A stretch of 64,000 nt of DNA from a virus (IMGVR_UViG_3300023174_000034), one strand, 5' to 3'; shown: positions 42,701 through 50,230, counted from the first letter of the stretch. Program-made: numbers and translations. Notes: generated by a model from the letters alone, not told the origin.

Positions 42701-45700
42701 GTAGCCATTGCCGTTTGTGGTTACGTTGATGTAGCTAATAATGTCATCGTTGGTAATTGCCGTTGCAGTAGCAGGATTACCAGATCCGTTGTACCAAACA
42801 GCCACGTTTGGTGCAGTGGTGTATCCAGATCCTGGGTTAGTAACAGTAATGTTGTAAATGCTGTTGTTATCGCTACGTGCAAATGCTTGTGCTGTTACGC
42901 CGCCAAACACTAACTTAGTACCAGGTTTGACTCGAACTGTGCGGGTAGTTTCAAATTGGGTAGAACTGATAACTCGATTAACTGTGGTCAGTCCATAGTC
43001 TATCGTATAGGCTGTGAGCGTTCCGCCGGAAATGTAATCACCGTAATTACGAGAGTCTTGTTCGTTGCCTGTTGTCAGACCTGCATCGGAATACAACTCA
43101 ATGGCTGTTTCGCTGACTCGATAAACATAGAAACGTGCATAGTTTAGATCAGTTGTACCTAACACATCGCGAACATATACCAAGTCACCGTTTTGTAAAT
43201 TATGTTCGGTGGCAGTAATAATACGTGTTGGCACCGCGGTAATAACAATATTGCTAATTTCAATTGGTTGTAAACCACCACACACTGCCATGCCAACGTC
43301 CAGCATACCAGTATCATCAACGGTGATCACTGTGTGATCAATCACTGTTGTCTGTACAGTGGCGTAGGTGCCGGCATCAACGTTGGACTTAAATGTCCAT
43401 ATGTCCCCGGCTTCGACTGCAGAAATACCAAAAACTGGTGTCTCCAAGCTTCTGTTGGCAATAACTGCTGGAGCATTGATGGTAACCAAGTTTGCACCGT
43501 TGTCAACTGCTGTGATAATAGAGCCGCCAATGATACCATTGGCAATAATTTGCATGCCTGGTACCAAGTAATCCCACAATGTGGTAGAAGTGCTTGCAAC
43601 TGTTCCGATGTTTCCAGTACTGGCAGCATAGGTATTGCCGGTGGTAGAAATTGTAAGAGTTGGGTTGGTCAGGTAACCTGACCCAGGATTCAACAAACTA
43701 ATTGATTTGATTGCTCCATTGGCATGCAAGTAAACATAGTTCACTGTTGCTGTTACACCAGCTGGGGTAGTAGGAGCAGAGATTGTAGCTGTTACGTTTG
43801 ACTGGAAATATCCCAGGCCAACGTTACTAAATGTAATGTTCAAGTTACCGCTGGTGGTAGCCAACGCTTTTGTTACCACAGGGTTAGGAATATTGCCGGC
43901 TGCAATTTCAAATGTTAATCCGGTGGTACTTATTTGGGCATTGGTAACTGTTGCCCAATATTCGTTAGGATTAGAAAGCACCACGTTTGCGGCGTATGAA
44001 TAACTGGTTCCTCGAGAGTCGATTCGTATGTAGTCAACTTGCTTGAATGGACGATATACAATATCAAGCCCAGCAGGAGTAACGTAATCCGTATTGATTT
44101 TGATATATGGATCAGCAACATAATTCACGCCAGAGTAACTAACAACAACGTTGGATACACCGGTTGATTTCAATACAACGTTACCTGTAGCAGTCATAGT
44201 ACCAATGCCAGGCAGTGGTGCTGTGAATGTCACACTAGGTACAAAATTGTACGCTAGATTTGAAGTGATACGAGCGCCACTGACTGTGTAAATTGGCAAG
44301 TCTTGGGTGCTGGTACTGACCAAGTGCAACACTGTGCCAACATCAGTTGTGATTTCTTCCACTCGATAGATTCTTCTGCGAACTTCCGGATCAGCATCAT
44401 TTGCAAAAATAATACGTGTGCCTGGAGTAAGTTCTCGGGTGATACCATTGGGCATTTGAACAATGTATTTGTTCTTGCCTTCTACTTCTTGGAATGCATC
44501 AGTCACAACAAAATCAAGAATATCAATTGGACTCTTGGCCTGGCGACCATAATCAAACAAATAAATGTCTGGGTCAAATTCAATGATCGGACGTTTTCCA
44601 CGCTGAACGCCAGTTAAATCAAGCAGTAACGGATCTTCACGGTACTGTGCGGCTAGTTCAACGGTTTGAATATGGAACCAACGATTACTACGGCTCCAGC
44701 CGTTTAGGTCACGACTGGCACGATTGATCGTGATGTAGTCAGGCTCTGTCAGGCGTGATGTATTTGCATACTGCTCAGGTACACTGAAATTACCGATGTT
44801 AATCAGTTTGATTGCAGTACCAACGCCTTCAACAATATATGCATTGCCTGCATAACGAGCAGGAACGATTGTGTTATCGAATCGTACATGTAGTCCGTTG
44901 GTGAATTTAACTTTGTTCGGACTTGTGTAGTTGATCTTATTCAGGATGTCGGCGACAACATCAATTGATGCTGTGCCAGGCTCTACCAAACGAATAATAC
45001 CAAAGAAATCTGGATTGCTATCGTCTTGATAATATAACTCTGTCAACGGTGCAGTAACTGGCTCAAGTTCTTGAAAGTATCCATTTGGTGCTTTGATAAA
45101 CTCTACGTTTGCGTATTGTGTGCCAGCACGTACATATACTTTTTCACCAATGGCAATTTCTGTTGTGGGAACTAGTTTAATCAGTTGACGGCCATTGCCA
45201 GCATCAACGGTGTCGATACGGAACACACCAAAACGACTCTGCGATGGTACAGTAGTGCCATATTCAAAACCTTCGCCGGTGTAATCAAAACTGCCAGTTG
45301 CACCAGTAGTACTGCCTGTGTCAAAGTTGCCAGGGTCTGTCCACTGGTCTGCAACAGAGTCTTGATTCAAGAAGATAATTGTTTTGCCATTGAGGCCTTC
45401 GCTGACACCATCAAAGCCGCCAATGTTTTTAATAACATTGTTCAAATGACTCTGCACTTGGTTGTAGCTGAGTGTGGTTGCAAAATCCACTGTGGCGGCC
45501 AATTGAGCACGAGTTGCACTACCTTGAGCATCTGTCGTGGGCACTGTAAATTCAATCGTACCATTGTCAATGCCGTTGTTTCGCAAACCATAAATTTGTC
45601 GATTTAATATTTCTGATGCCACGCTGGATGTACCAGTTACCCCTGGGCGAATCTGAATCCAGAATGGATTGTTGGCTTGGTTAACACGGAACTTGTATGT

Positions 45701-46255
45701 TGTTCCTTTGACCAATGTAATGATAGGATTACGGTCAGTTCCAAATTCTGTAAACTGGTAACTTTGACTTGCACTAGAACGAGTAACATTATATTCTAAC
45801 GCAATATCAACAGTTGATGCTGTTACTGTGACTTCAGGTGGACCGTCGGGCAACCATAGGTATTGTGTGAAGTTAACAAATTTATCAAAATCAAACACCC
45901 CATCAAAACTGTAACTTTGATTTGTAAACAAACGACTATGGTCATTTGTGAAACCACCGTAGTATGCAATCTGTTGCAACAGGTCTTGATAGTTTGCATA
46001 AAAGCTAGTCTTGCCTTGCCCTGCATCAACAATGGTGCCTGCCTCAACTTGATAGTTCTGACGTTCAGTGCTGATCTCTGTTACGTATGTGTCTCCAGTT
46101 TTCCATGTGGGAGTGTCTTGTCGACCAACATACGAATCAAGGCGCACTGAAGAATCTGCTTCACTGACCAATTGGTCAATAGTTGCCGCCAAGAACTTAC
46201 GGTTAGAATCGCTTCTAAATATCTCGGGTAAGTAGTTAATGCTTTTGGTTACCAT
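27725..46255 (-). CDS. giant (6176 aa) baseplate-wedge/virion structural protein, gp7/P2 gpI-like core with many inserted repeats
   Basis: Uninterrupted 18.5-kb ORF directly after the gp6-like gene; YIKQKGTKNAI and EVKPY motifs; many GxGY-x3-P repeats; FG-GAP-like and BNR-like repeats. Confidence 0.75.
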   Translation of the reverse strand: MVTKSINYLPEIFRSDSNRKFLAATIDQLVSEADSSVRLDSYVGRQDTPTWKTGDTYVTEISTERQNYQVEAGTIVDAGQGKTSFYANYQDLLQQIAYYGGFTNDHSRLFTNQSYSFDGVFDFDKFVNFTQYLWLPDGPPEVTVTASTVDIALEYNVTRSSASQSYQFTEFGTDRNPIITLVKGTTYKFRVNQANNPFWIQIRPGVTGTSSVASEILNRQIYGLRNNGIDNGTIEFTVPTTDAQGSATRAQLAATVDFATTLSYNQVQSHLNNVIKNIGGFDGVSEGLNGKTIIFLNQDSVADQWTDPGNFDTGSTTGATGSFDYTGEGFEYGTTVPSQSRFGVFRIDTVDAGNGRQLIKLVPTTEIAIGEKVYVRAGTQYANVEFIKAPNGYFQELEPVTAPLTELYYQDDSNPDFFGIIRLVEPGTASIDVVADILNKINYTSPNKVKFTNGLHVRFDNTIVPARYAGNAYIVEGVGTAIKLINIGNFSVPEQYANTSRLTEPDYITINRASRDLNGWSRSNRWFHIQTVELAAQYREDPLLLDLTGVQRGKRPIIEFDPDIYLFDYGRQAKSPIDILDFVVTDAFQEVEGKNKYIVQMPNGITRELTPGTRIIFANDADPEVRRRIYRVEEITTDVGTVLHLVSTSTQDLPIYTVSGARITSNLAYNFVPSVTFTAPLPGIGTMTATGNVVLKSTGVSNVVVSYSGVNYVADPYIKINTDYVTPAGLDIVYRPFKQVDYIRIDSRGTSYSYAANVVLSNPNEYWATVTNAQISTTGLTFEIAAGNIPNPVVTKALATTSGNLNITFSNVGLGYFQSNVTATISAPTTPAGVTATVNYVYLHANGAIKSISLLNPGSGYLTNPTLTISTTGNTYAASTGNIGTVASTSTTLWDYLVPGMQIIANGIIGGSIITAVDNGANLVTINAPAVIANRSLETPVFGISAVEAGDIWTFKSNVDAGTYATVQTTVIDHTVITVDDTGMLDVGMAVCGGLQPIEISNIVITAVPTRIITATEHNLQNGDLVYVRDVLGTTDLNYARFYVYRVSETAIELYSDAGLTTGNEQDSRNYGDYISGGTLTAYTIDYGLTTVNRVISSTQFETTRTVRVKPGTKLVFGGVTAQAFARSDNNSIYNITVTNPGSGYTTAPNVAVWYNGSGNPATATAITNDDIISYINVTTNGNGYAISSGITVDVVSGLELTTSQTVTHGTDILYFANSDDLIPVQPGWLVFLITAVNGDEIYTDFGQTPYATTDTTGPYDADYRFFMDVSKTNAQILTVDSIDSDRLILSNVIDSLDSDGEQIDLPAGSRIFVTAQNRFFTTDGRGSGARVAGNTKTGFLLVNEVLEGTVVTLNSVLGIQPGMVFQTLADTLLADIRVTAVDSYINRITLSRAVTLPSATPVKLSNNAVMSVELEQAEIDYIAISDEGAGYASAPVATIQPRYPSVTLLATCLGTPGLVNYKDINDRTLDVFYPGNRVLAVSSFTDIVVGSKITSSFDSNGIGITTGADIPVVVGFVYEQTASNTFEARVIVDIDQSAFVDVEVIFTLAAEALSLINLENSAIDVNDTTPETYEAGDTVLVNTPANKTQTATNIVAYNQYYFNGTEWLPAQQKSNINQEPLFDAFNTDGYSAADATAYPGSKFFGTKIFGYRVGTGTQDPVLKFPLVYKNFNNVGDIEFSNYFQNESFNYLNGFNEDTVAISNFVLKQKTDAGFKLKNIWTQITEDSKQYQSITSEFDGTTNYFEIDVTPLESKTIPYLKVYVAGKRVPETAYTVDQYGGRRAVVINSNYLTTGDLVVVKVYSKQQSVLGRYDTPINLDYNPLNSSFNFLTLGQIRNHLVAQTDNNYGVVGQALGSNNLRDLNTKSWQGSILQHASSMSMPSLFMIDKDLDIVQATEYAQREYVKFKNRFLDQAGKIQVNVKDIPGSVDTIMSSIMLGKSSMAPWYDSDMLMWGSKFKTKTTLPVLNTRQRTYLIPNTFDPTVLSRRSVLVYLKDTTDSTYRQLIIGIDYTFATDISSIVIADHVVLKYTTQFDIVDCTNTTECYVPETPTKLGLYPKFIPTMLLDTTYRVPTQVIQGHDGSLTPAFGDYRDQLLMELELRIYNNIKVNYDDTLLEIFNTLPGHYRSSDYTRNEFDQLLTRSFLSWIGTNKLDYSENKWFNPNDPWSWNYKGFTDLQGNELPGYWRGIYKQYYDTDRPHYAPWEMLGFSQQPSWWEGAYGPAPYTSGNKVLWEDLEAGRILQGARAGIDTRFARPGLSKIVPVDYNGNLIEPVKLLVANFNADDTSLSFAIGDHGPVETAWRRSSNYPYAVQIAMMLARPAFYIGTLFDNSRYKYDTEIGQIVYSGTRQRLTPNSLLVPNIGLGTATPVLTAGYANWVRDYLKYKGIDSASKLSDSLTKLDVRLNYRVAGFTDKKMLEVIAEQSSPGGSGRNIVVPDENYRVYLNKSTPIKRLTYSAVIVEKTDRGYKVGGYDASRPYFTVVPSEPNNNSYTLTEVNQSVAVYKDYKLLKLAVPYGTEFTNLQQIADFFVSYSRYLRSIGFVFSDVDPDLGITRDWDLSIRELLTWVQQGWRTGSVIILSPIGSKITVVSENGVVDNISNKSDGNRLLDQNFSLIRHGEYSVTRDNGVFTATALYNKMIALADLTLVSYEHVLIFDNTTVFNDVIYQPELGNRQYRLRLIGYKSGNWNGQLNAPGYIYNDETVADWVQNASYNLGSLVAYKDKYYMALQRVPESTQFDFTYWRPIDKDQIKTGLLTNFSNAANSFRGFYDPDQMNRNEIFDQYSNGLIGFRNRDYLQDLGIDRTSQLKFYQGYIKQKGTKNAITSLTAGQFDRVSSEVSYYEEWALRVGEYGATGSDQFIEVTLDEQQFTEDPSTIVLSNLGESDVSGAINFNPRTIYRTSEEIYSKNIVKARSDYRPRISDNVTAGYPRIDDIDGTMYDIANYQNYFGLVANLGSGYKLWVAVDTDKMWNIYRATETDILLVSITRVTPTTLLFVFDKPHVTSPGEFVVVKNFNDNSFDGFYRVITVEDGLSITVTGYRGLSFFQQVSTATGSGVYLRMKSVRFASVSNIIDFTPPHGWRDKDRVWIDNDTATDVWGVFEKTDGWAFNQVLPLRLGEDRYQEGYGAEVKLSVDNQLILAGTPRFTTGSLLGLRVINPGANYESPAVRISYPTGPTGQLAQFTALKDTGTLVLANLITSGYGYTFAPNVTVVDQYTTVTTAETLTDEYLFLSAGDMGRVYLGDYISGRGIPDESQVVDITEAQFKIKIDGPPVPTFSSATSMTAGLGEKTFVTSVTANSTSIVPDQGIRIYKTNDNTVYMEGYVVSFVDQTLVVNVEILFGSGSSTSWLVTTALSVRSGTQVTFSRGLAGGVRARLTPTTIDYIQVVDGGSGFTINPQIDIVGGGGTGARAVAAISGGVIQSVTVTNAGSGYYETPEITLLTNNATPVDLRVKLKSTTVANLIISDKGQDYREPVLVIQADTRDRGIDAAATLNFYGNGGVSSVTVTNRGKSYGNTSIITIENSVSGSGFLGNVNVYANGAVGNVSVYTTGSGYATATATANIYYGGGSGATGNIGHTVDGIGDFISGTVLSYGQGYLVPPTVEVVDLSGSGSGAIVEAIMPTGQVKTFLRPNQTLTGVEETQLIKPFNSDAREFGYSIDLGTTLAAIGAPGTYAEQGGVLVSQTLGSQWISYQMLFPPTLEPGDRFGHSVAISDDQQWIYVGAPGANKVYAYGKRTQAYQRVTLTPVLNQLTYSTNLTGLRSAQELKVLGSSGKIYEPNFDYTVDSIGSIYWADYARIASQDKIYITRQRLQTNIIPTVIRNLTQRTYQLASRPETIDQLLVYGATGRVFVPNKEYTVIGSNLIFLDDSFLTEPSIVANQRDVFYQLVETIVPTDAINADANFGWSVKIDKGGYRLLVGAPDMDEENADLETIPSAGRAYVFSRSYEVILSIGTLSVFTLEAVRSVLSVSLDSILLAENVDYIIEGSSVVFTVAPRNGAKIKIDTNFFNIIQVIPCPSIVNLGRFGYSVDIAPDNTSFAIGSPGYRDDDYYNGTVYRYVNKGLFYGTATTEKTFLDVALTLGDTIKVNDRTVTFNEIVPGLINNVSAVYGSVSTKVSFTPNVGLVVGDTLVGPDIPEAFQVKFVEWADTTLPLVANVIVSAPVTITAGDALSFVRAGDNLSKIARNFEQGGLVAVDTAVVDGLLKITIGDQYALTRLDILPGTGTALDGLGLKIYELTQTLQHPRYGVPERFGTKVAIDDTGKTVLIASEGGNTLKTSTFDNETTLFDKDTTRFIDSLNASGAVYVYDYLNPPGETLANPGKLLYNQVLQNAYVLTGDNFGSSVDINNGWALVGAENSSYHSTLAGATHLFINDGNVKGWGRLRERGEEIDIDYINKGLIYDKKKQVNLKDLDYFDPAKGKILGIADQDLDYKSSYDPAQYNRGSLATVTIATDSSWGEMQETQTWWDLSLARYINYEQGPINYRSNRWGQLFPDSMIQVCEWVGSNYLPSDYAAEVGDGQAKYSDNSAYVENTYFDIQSGLIKTKYYYWVINKQSIDTTKTRRTNSVVTLERLITNPQAQGIPYFAAIANNAFNLYNVKNSLNSDRTIFRVEYSRVLGDIISHNEYELIQQGSNNSEIPSKLISKLIDSLSGENSTGSVVPDLKLSDADAYGINNLPRQSMIKNSTGAVQVFVTFVNNVLATKKITYTKNFARLLKQEPVPVAGTGYYNTSVDTVEQLQYIPSSELFVGYKVLVNTDSDFYGFWTIYEYQQYVGFRMIRIQSYDTTRWWNYANWYATDVDAYTDINYTVARYTDLLRLTLDVGDTVKVTDTGKGAYTVYRVASDSSLEEIIVEKGTIALSTALYDSTQSRSGFDNSAFDQVGFSTTQALELRNIFESLAYDIFIETDSVEVNNLFFTLLNYILSEQLSVDWAVKTSLISVLHKIRKLEQFPNYIKDNQDYYEKYINEVKPYRTQIREYLLDYEGTEILGTGLSDFDFSSVYDKTISAYRILDPNNSTDLKLIQNTGRADWLNHYTYQIQTLNLNYGGSGYTEAPRVKITGGGGTGATARSVIINGVVTDIILTNSGSGYTSTPIVEFTGGNGTGATAAVQLVQTLGTAITSATLNKKIRGILTKIKFDRVSYNSSLREWKPYEIYHPGDLIVIDDVRASNFVNYTERSLPRFSFVYRVLKTLTGRSTIDLNIFENPLIVEKLFGSDLDNAVDRVAAYLKPGSPDSARIYSTPNTIRLDPSEINNQIISVGKQWNAVRHSAFYPVQHGYQYAAVGDSSLIGVSADGITWITNRITDTTINGRDVFFYNNYTWVVVANQGAIYSTDNGIDWTQEAIDQYYYDASIDNPLGKIQENTAQTLDLTSGTGVATSYSNYILVVGNNGSILANPRGNSDLTTKTFEGWFNIKVQSQLIAQNYLKVIAVDRGYLTDIDGTTYDVEIQATSGYYIESDGTTKKRMKAGVVFTCGVNGAINAITFNALEDYLQGFVSGYNYNAGKNDNLSYPWRSLDVPVDVKGLQDDLSGQQLNSIAVTDERTNWVVAVGSQGTLIWNQFNLPIQIQDGRAEIAPDTIGKTVIDHGLYMFNNFRKFNDSNFIAPLTRDRISDINFTDITWDGDKFVVVGTRSIVLWGYPGVEAEAYIEIGSIDPSMSVASRRESASWAVGTGITSRVISIPAADLDASGIVIGMTCYASGLPSDAVVSGVVVGTTTHEITVTFGETNVATGTAKFISFAYVLTDTISAGDTITASNGTDTLTLTVRDNVAIGDTRIYVTDYDDRVQSNWIIAGAGIPANARVRYVGKFANYSWQYAPGTVDNVNLDYRAVSVNTTVAEISKPLLPITGNVSGVFSGNVITFSDPTGTISQLTATQDLPGNVSVLTFANISQVQVGFTIQGNATLGIQDGTVITRLVNYNIGGVLSGLEKDIPDLIPGTGYTGSKVLGKSFTDTTEDALGLDTDISSDFTDSVLGQRPEDIVIDGGKFIDTYSSHAPEELVPGQVIDSLQMNVFTANAVNGVPDYTDVIGYKIFTDYKLPSTYYRLASANTTVLSSNLSYDATEISITNANVLPDSGSVWVNAEKIVYLAIDRANNKLQDLRRGTLRTSVASVHVVGSLVSDATVSQLIVSDITTAITEDVTVENGIVGGSNSATYLSSTTTSIYQGSIWVDL

Positions 46256-46265
46256 GCTCTAATCT

Positions 46266-49200
46266 TTATAGTTGTACTGCGGTAATAGCTGTGATGATTT
46301 CAACGTCGTCTACGGTTGCACAGCTGATTGTAATTTCGTCAGGCTCTGCGTTAATTTGATATAAGCTACCAAAAATTAGTTGTGTGCTTTTTGGAACAAT
46401 AACAATACTACTAATCTTGGTTGTTAATTCTGCATGTAAGTATGCGCTCAATTCACTGAAGTAAAATGTTTCACCAAAGTCCCAGTTGTTGATGTCAAAA
46501 TATGCATTCACTGCGGTAATGACAGCTACTTTGACGTCGTTGTCACTGATGACAACTTCAGCGTTTTTAACAACTTTGAATGTGGCACGAAGTGCTTCGT
46601 CGGCTTTGCTACCAAACACCAGTTTGAAACGACCAGTGTTGTAAATGATAGTATCGCTTATGGTTTTGTAATTTTCTAGCTCGCCGTATGCCAAACGCAA
46701 CTGTTCGACATCAGTTTCAACCGGTTGAGAAATTTTACCGCTGTTGTCTCTGATCCAGGCCTGGTAATCTGTAGCATAGGCTTTTGTAAGGATATACAAG
46801 TCAACAATGTTGTTTGGACTTGGATCAATACGTCGGTTGGCTGGACTTGTGTGTCGGTATTGGAAATACAAGCCTCGACGACCATACAACCACAAATACT
46901 TTTCACTGTTGGCGCTACCAGTCAATGTGCGTGTTTCAACACCACGTGTGGCAACCACAGACAAGTCATAAAATGTATTTTCATCTGTTGCATAAAAAAT
47001 TTGTCCGTCTTCGTACAAGTTATATGCCTGAACAATATCACCCTGTGAAGCATACGCTACACTGACCAATACGCTGTCCAATGGCACATATTGCACAAAG
47101 TTATTGCTATTGTATGTTTTCTGAAAGTAAACGTACTTGTTGTAGTTGGTATTAACCGCAGGATTAACCAGTTCTTCAAATACGTCAGGGTTATCTGGCA
47201 CACCGTCGCGGTTGCTGTCGGCAAATTTGACAAGTATCTTGTTTGTGTTTTCGCGACCGTCTGGATCCACAATCATCTTGTGTATAAACCAAGGCTTGTC
47301 TTCATACAATGCAGTATTACCGTCCGGTACACTATTGGAACGCAATATTTTAATTTGATCGCTTAGTGTGGTTGCGCTCTTGCTGTCGTACACTCGTACC
47401 TTAGGATCAAAATAAAATTTAGTTTCTTGTTCGCTCTGGAACACGTAGTCAATTTGTCTATAATAAATGGTGTAACCGAATGTTCCCGACACAAATGCCA
47501 TTAGCCAAGAGCTATCCAACGAGCTTGAAGTTGTATCTCCTGTGTAGGTTTCACTGTATTCGGCATTGTAACCATCTGTGTTAATCAACACTGAGTTAGT
47601 TTGTTTTAATTTCAAATCTTGTGGTTGGATCAATGCCCATTCTTGATTGACTTGGTCAAAACGTATGCCAAAGTTTTTCTTACTGTTAATCAATGTAACC
47701 GCACTACGCAAAACAGTTTGTGGAATTACATTGTAAATTTTAGGAATGATTTCTTCAATGTACGACCCGGTCGGCACAAAGGTGCTCAGTGTGATAGGTC
47801 CGGAGTCTACAATAGTTAAAACGCCAGCACCAGTGCCATCGCCACTTACGTTGACAACTGTTGCGTAAATGTAAGAGCGGTCGCCTGTGTTAGTTGGTGT
47901 ACCGAGTGTGATTTCGCCAGCGGCATTGAAATAACTAACACCTGCCGCCTCAGACGCACGGAATTTAATAATACTCCCTACCTTTATGAAACGCAAAGCA
48001 TTCGAACTGGCATCACCAACTTTGAGTGCTGGCAGTGCCAAGGTATTTGCCAGTTGAACACCAGTGGCTGTGTTGATGGTATCTATATAATTTGATTTTA
48101 GTGTGACAAAGCCAGTACACTGGCCAGTACTGATAGTCATTTGCTGCCAGACACCATCAAAGTTTGAACCATTGATAGCAATATTTTGGGTGTCGAAGCG
48201 TGGTAACTTGGCGTAAACAAATTGTGTAAATGGAATATATCCATCTGTCAACAAGGTGTTGTTTACTGTTTCGTTCAGTTGGCCAACGATGTCGCCGCTC
48301 ACTCCCGGAACAAAGTCGATACTATTGATTACTTCATTGCGATACAAAATACCATCTTGTGCAAAGATGTTTGTGCTTGAATACTTGCCTGTGATGTCAA
48401 TGGTGTCTAGGTATCGACTGATACCAGAGCTGGAACGGTTGGTACTCTTTATTTTAAGAATACTATTAAATTTAGTGAATGGCAGGATGTTGTAGTCCTC
48501 GCCAGTGATCATACGATTCTGTGTATAGTACTGTTGCGGTGCCTTGGTTTTGATCTCAGTAAGGGTTTCACGTGCTGACGCATTGTTCACTGTGTAGTAC
48601 AAGCTGCCGCGAATGTTCAGTGTTTCTGTACGACCATTACGGCTTACATAGTTGATGGGAATTAAAATGTTTTGCATTTCCACTGGGGAAATTTTGTAGT
48701 TTAATCCGTTGCTCACACGATAGAAGAAACGAAAGTTACCGCTTGGTATGTTTGCAAATGCACCGTCACCAAATACCAGATCAATTTGATCGCCTGCACG
48801 AGTATTAACTTGATATAGATTACGTTCGGTGCCGGTGTTGTACACAACGTTCACCCCAACAACGTTATCAACCTTGCTCCATAATTGTATATAGTTGCCT
48901 GCGTCGTCAACTTGATATAACCAGCAGTCTTCATTGTTGATATTATCAATCTGGATGCTGACCACGCGGTTAGGAAGTTTCTGGTCCAGTGAAAAGTCTA
49001 GGTTACGCAACTCGCCTTGCTTGAAATAAACAAACCAACCAGTGTTGGTTGAATCGTTGCCAAGGTTATCATTACGATATAAAATGTTAAAAATGCTTTG
49101 CGGACGTGGTTCACGTTCGTAAATATATTCTTGATTTACTGCGGTTGGGCTGACTGCTTCAAAACGCATGACTGTGTTTTCAACAGAAGTGCTGTAGCTG

Positions 49201-49796
49201 AATGTGGGCAACACACTATTTAGAATGTTGATGCTGTACTCATCTGTTGTGATGCCGCTGATACTTGATGAGTTGCCCGGTTTACCAACCACCTGACTGT
49301 CGATCAATGCTGAGTTAAAAATCAAACTCATTTGTTCAAGCCAGTTGTCATTTCCTGGATCGTTCCAGGTTACCGGAATGTTACCCAAACTGATACCGTT
49401 GCTATCAGTCAGGCTTTCTGTTGTGGTCACTGCTTCTACCCGTAAAAAACCACTGGAGCTTACATTTCTTTTTGGAACATAGCTGACTAGTCTTGCTAGG
49501 CGTAGTACACTGTCGCGGCGTTCTGCGGTGTCAATAAAATTCTCACGTGCATTCAAATCAGCACGGAAAGCTAGTGATTGCCCTAAAAATGCAATCAAGT
49601 CAATCAGGGCCACATATTCGCTAGACTCAATAAAGTCATTGAAATCTTCAGGATAGTAGGTCCTTAGATAATCAATCATGCTCTTACGCAGGGTTTCAAA
49701 GTCGTAGCTTTGGAAATCAGCGTTCTGGAAGCTTTGATATACTTTCTTCCAATCCTGTTGGACCAGCAAGTTTGTTTGTCTAGTAGTAGCGGCCAT
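46266..49796 (-). CDS. gp6: baseplate wedge subunit (T4 gp6-like)
   Basis: DFETLRKSMIDYL, ENFIDTAERRDSV.RLA..V.Y.PKR, FGDG, ETLTEIK..AP..Y.TQNRMITGEDY. Confidence 0.85.
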   Translation of the reverse strand: MAATTRQTNLLVQQDWKKVYQSFQNADFQSYDFETLRKSMIDYLRTYYPEDFNDFIESSEYVALIDLIAFLGQSLAFRADLNARENFIDTAERRDSVLRLARLVSYVPKRNVSSSGFLRVEAVTTTESLTDSNGISLGNIPVTWNDPGNDNWLEQMSLIFNSALIDSQVVGKPGNSSSISGITTDEYSINILNSVLPTFSYSTSVENTVMRFEAVSPTAVNQEYIYEREPRPQSIFNILYRNDNLGNDSTNTGWFVYFKQGELRNLDFSLDQKLPNRVVSIQIDNINNEDCWLYQVDDAGNYIQLWSKVDNVVGVNVVYNTGTERNLYQVNTRAGDQIDLVFGDGAFANIPSGNFRFFYRVSNGLNYKISPVEMQNILIPINYVSRNGRTETLNIRGSLYYTVNNASARETLTEIKTKAPQQYYTQNRMITGEDYNILPFTKFNSILKIKSTNRSSSGISRYLDTIDITGKYSSTNIFAQDGILYRNEVINSIDFVPGVSGDIVGQLNETVNNTLLTDGYIPFTQFVYAKLPRFDTQNIAINGSNFDGVWQQMTISTGQCTGFVTLKSNYIDTINTATGVQLANTLALPALKVGDASSNALRFIKVGSIIKFRASEAAGVSYFNAAGEITLGTPTNTGDRSYIYATVVNVSGDGTGAGVLTIVDSGPITLSTFVPTGSYIEEIIPKIYNVIPQTVLRSAVTLINSKKNFGIRFDQVNQEWALIQPQDLKLKQTNSVLINTDGYNAEYSETYTGDTTSSSLDSSWLMAFVSGTFGYTIYYRQIDYVFQSEQETKFYFDPKVRVYDSKSATTLSDQIKILRSNSVPDGNTALYEDKPWFIHKMIVDPDGRENTNKILVKFADSNRDGVPDNPDVFEELVNPAVNTNYNKYVYFQKTYNSNNFVQYVPLDSVLVSVAYASQGDIVQAYNLYEDGQIFYATDENTFYDLSVVATRGVETRTLTGSANSEKYLWLYGRRGLYFQYRHTSPANRRIDPSPNNIVDLYILTKAYATDYQAWIRDNSGKISQPVETDVEQLRLAYGELENYKTISDTIIYNTGRFKLVFGSKADEALRATFKVVKNAEVVISDNDVKVAVITAVNAYFDINNWDFGETFYFSELSAYLHAELTTKISSIVIVPKSTQLIFGSLYQINAEPDEITISCATVDDVEIITAITAVQL

Positions 49797-49808
49797 CTGT
49801 TATTTTTC

Positions 49809-49841
49809 CCAGTTTGTGTATTTACCAGATTGTAAAACTGG
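49809..49841 (-). promoter_or_regulatory. late promoter core TAAATA inside an inverted repeat upstream of gp6
   Basis: TAAATA at 49819-49824 between CCAGTTT/AAACTGG arms (49809-49815, 49835-49841); 3' arm overlaps the GGGA RBS. Confidence 0.55.
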
Positions 49842-49849
49842 TATTATTA

Positions 49850-50221
49850 TCACACTTTAGTAAGAGTCTGACTGTCTCGATTAAATTGCAAGGTCATTTT
49901 GTCAATTTCGTTTGTGGCTAAAAAACGCACAGCAATACTCAAATTGATGCCATGTTCGTACTCGTCCACCACAACTTGTTCTAGCACAAGTCTAGGGTCG
50001 TAGGAGCAAATCAAGCGCACTTCTTCCGTTAATGCTTCTTTGATCTCACTGTTAAACGGCTCAAAGATTATATCCCAAATGCTTGTGCCAAAATTTGGAT
50101 TCATTAGTTTTTCGCCTTTGCGAATATTGAAATGATTAAACAAGTCTTGTTTGACTATTTCGTAGTCGCCGACTGCAAAACGCTTGGTTCGATTGTACGT
50201 ACTAAAGCCTTTGTATAACAT
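49850..50221 (-). CDS. gp25: baseplate wedge subunit (T4 gp25/GPW-like)
   Basis: VKQDL.NHFNIRKGEKLMNPNFGT.IWD..FEP, YDPR. Confidence 0.9.
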   Translation of the reverse strand: MLYKGFSTYNRTKRFAVGDYEIVKQDLFNHFNIRKGEKLMNPNFGTSIWDIIFEPFNSEIKEALTEEVRLICSYDPRLVLEQVVVDEYEHGINLSIAVRFLATNEIDKMTLQFNRDSQTLTKV

Positions 50222-50230
50222 GATTTTTCC

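Noticed and set aside
27725-46255. Intein, intron or diversity-generating retroelement target in the giant gene
   Set aside because: No intein splice motifs, homing endonuclease, reverse transcriptase or near-identical TR/VR nucleotide repeat was noticed; repeats are diverged and visible only at the protein level. A computed self-alignment would be needed to exclude this fully.
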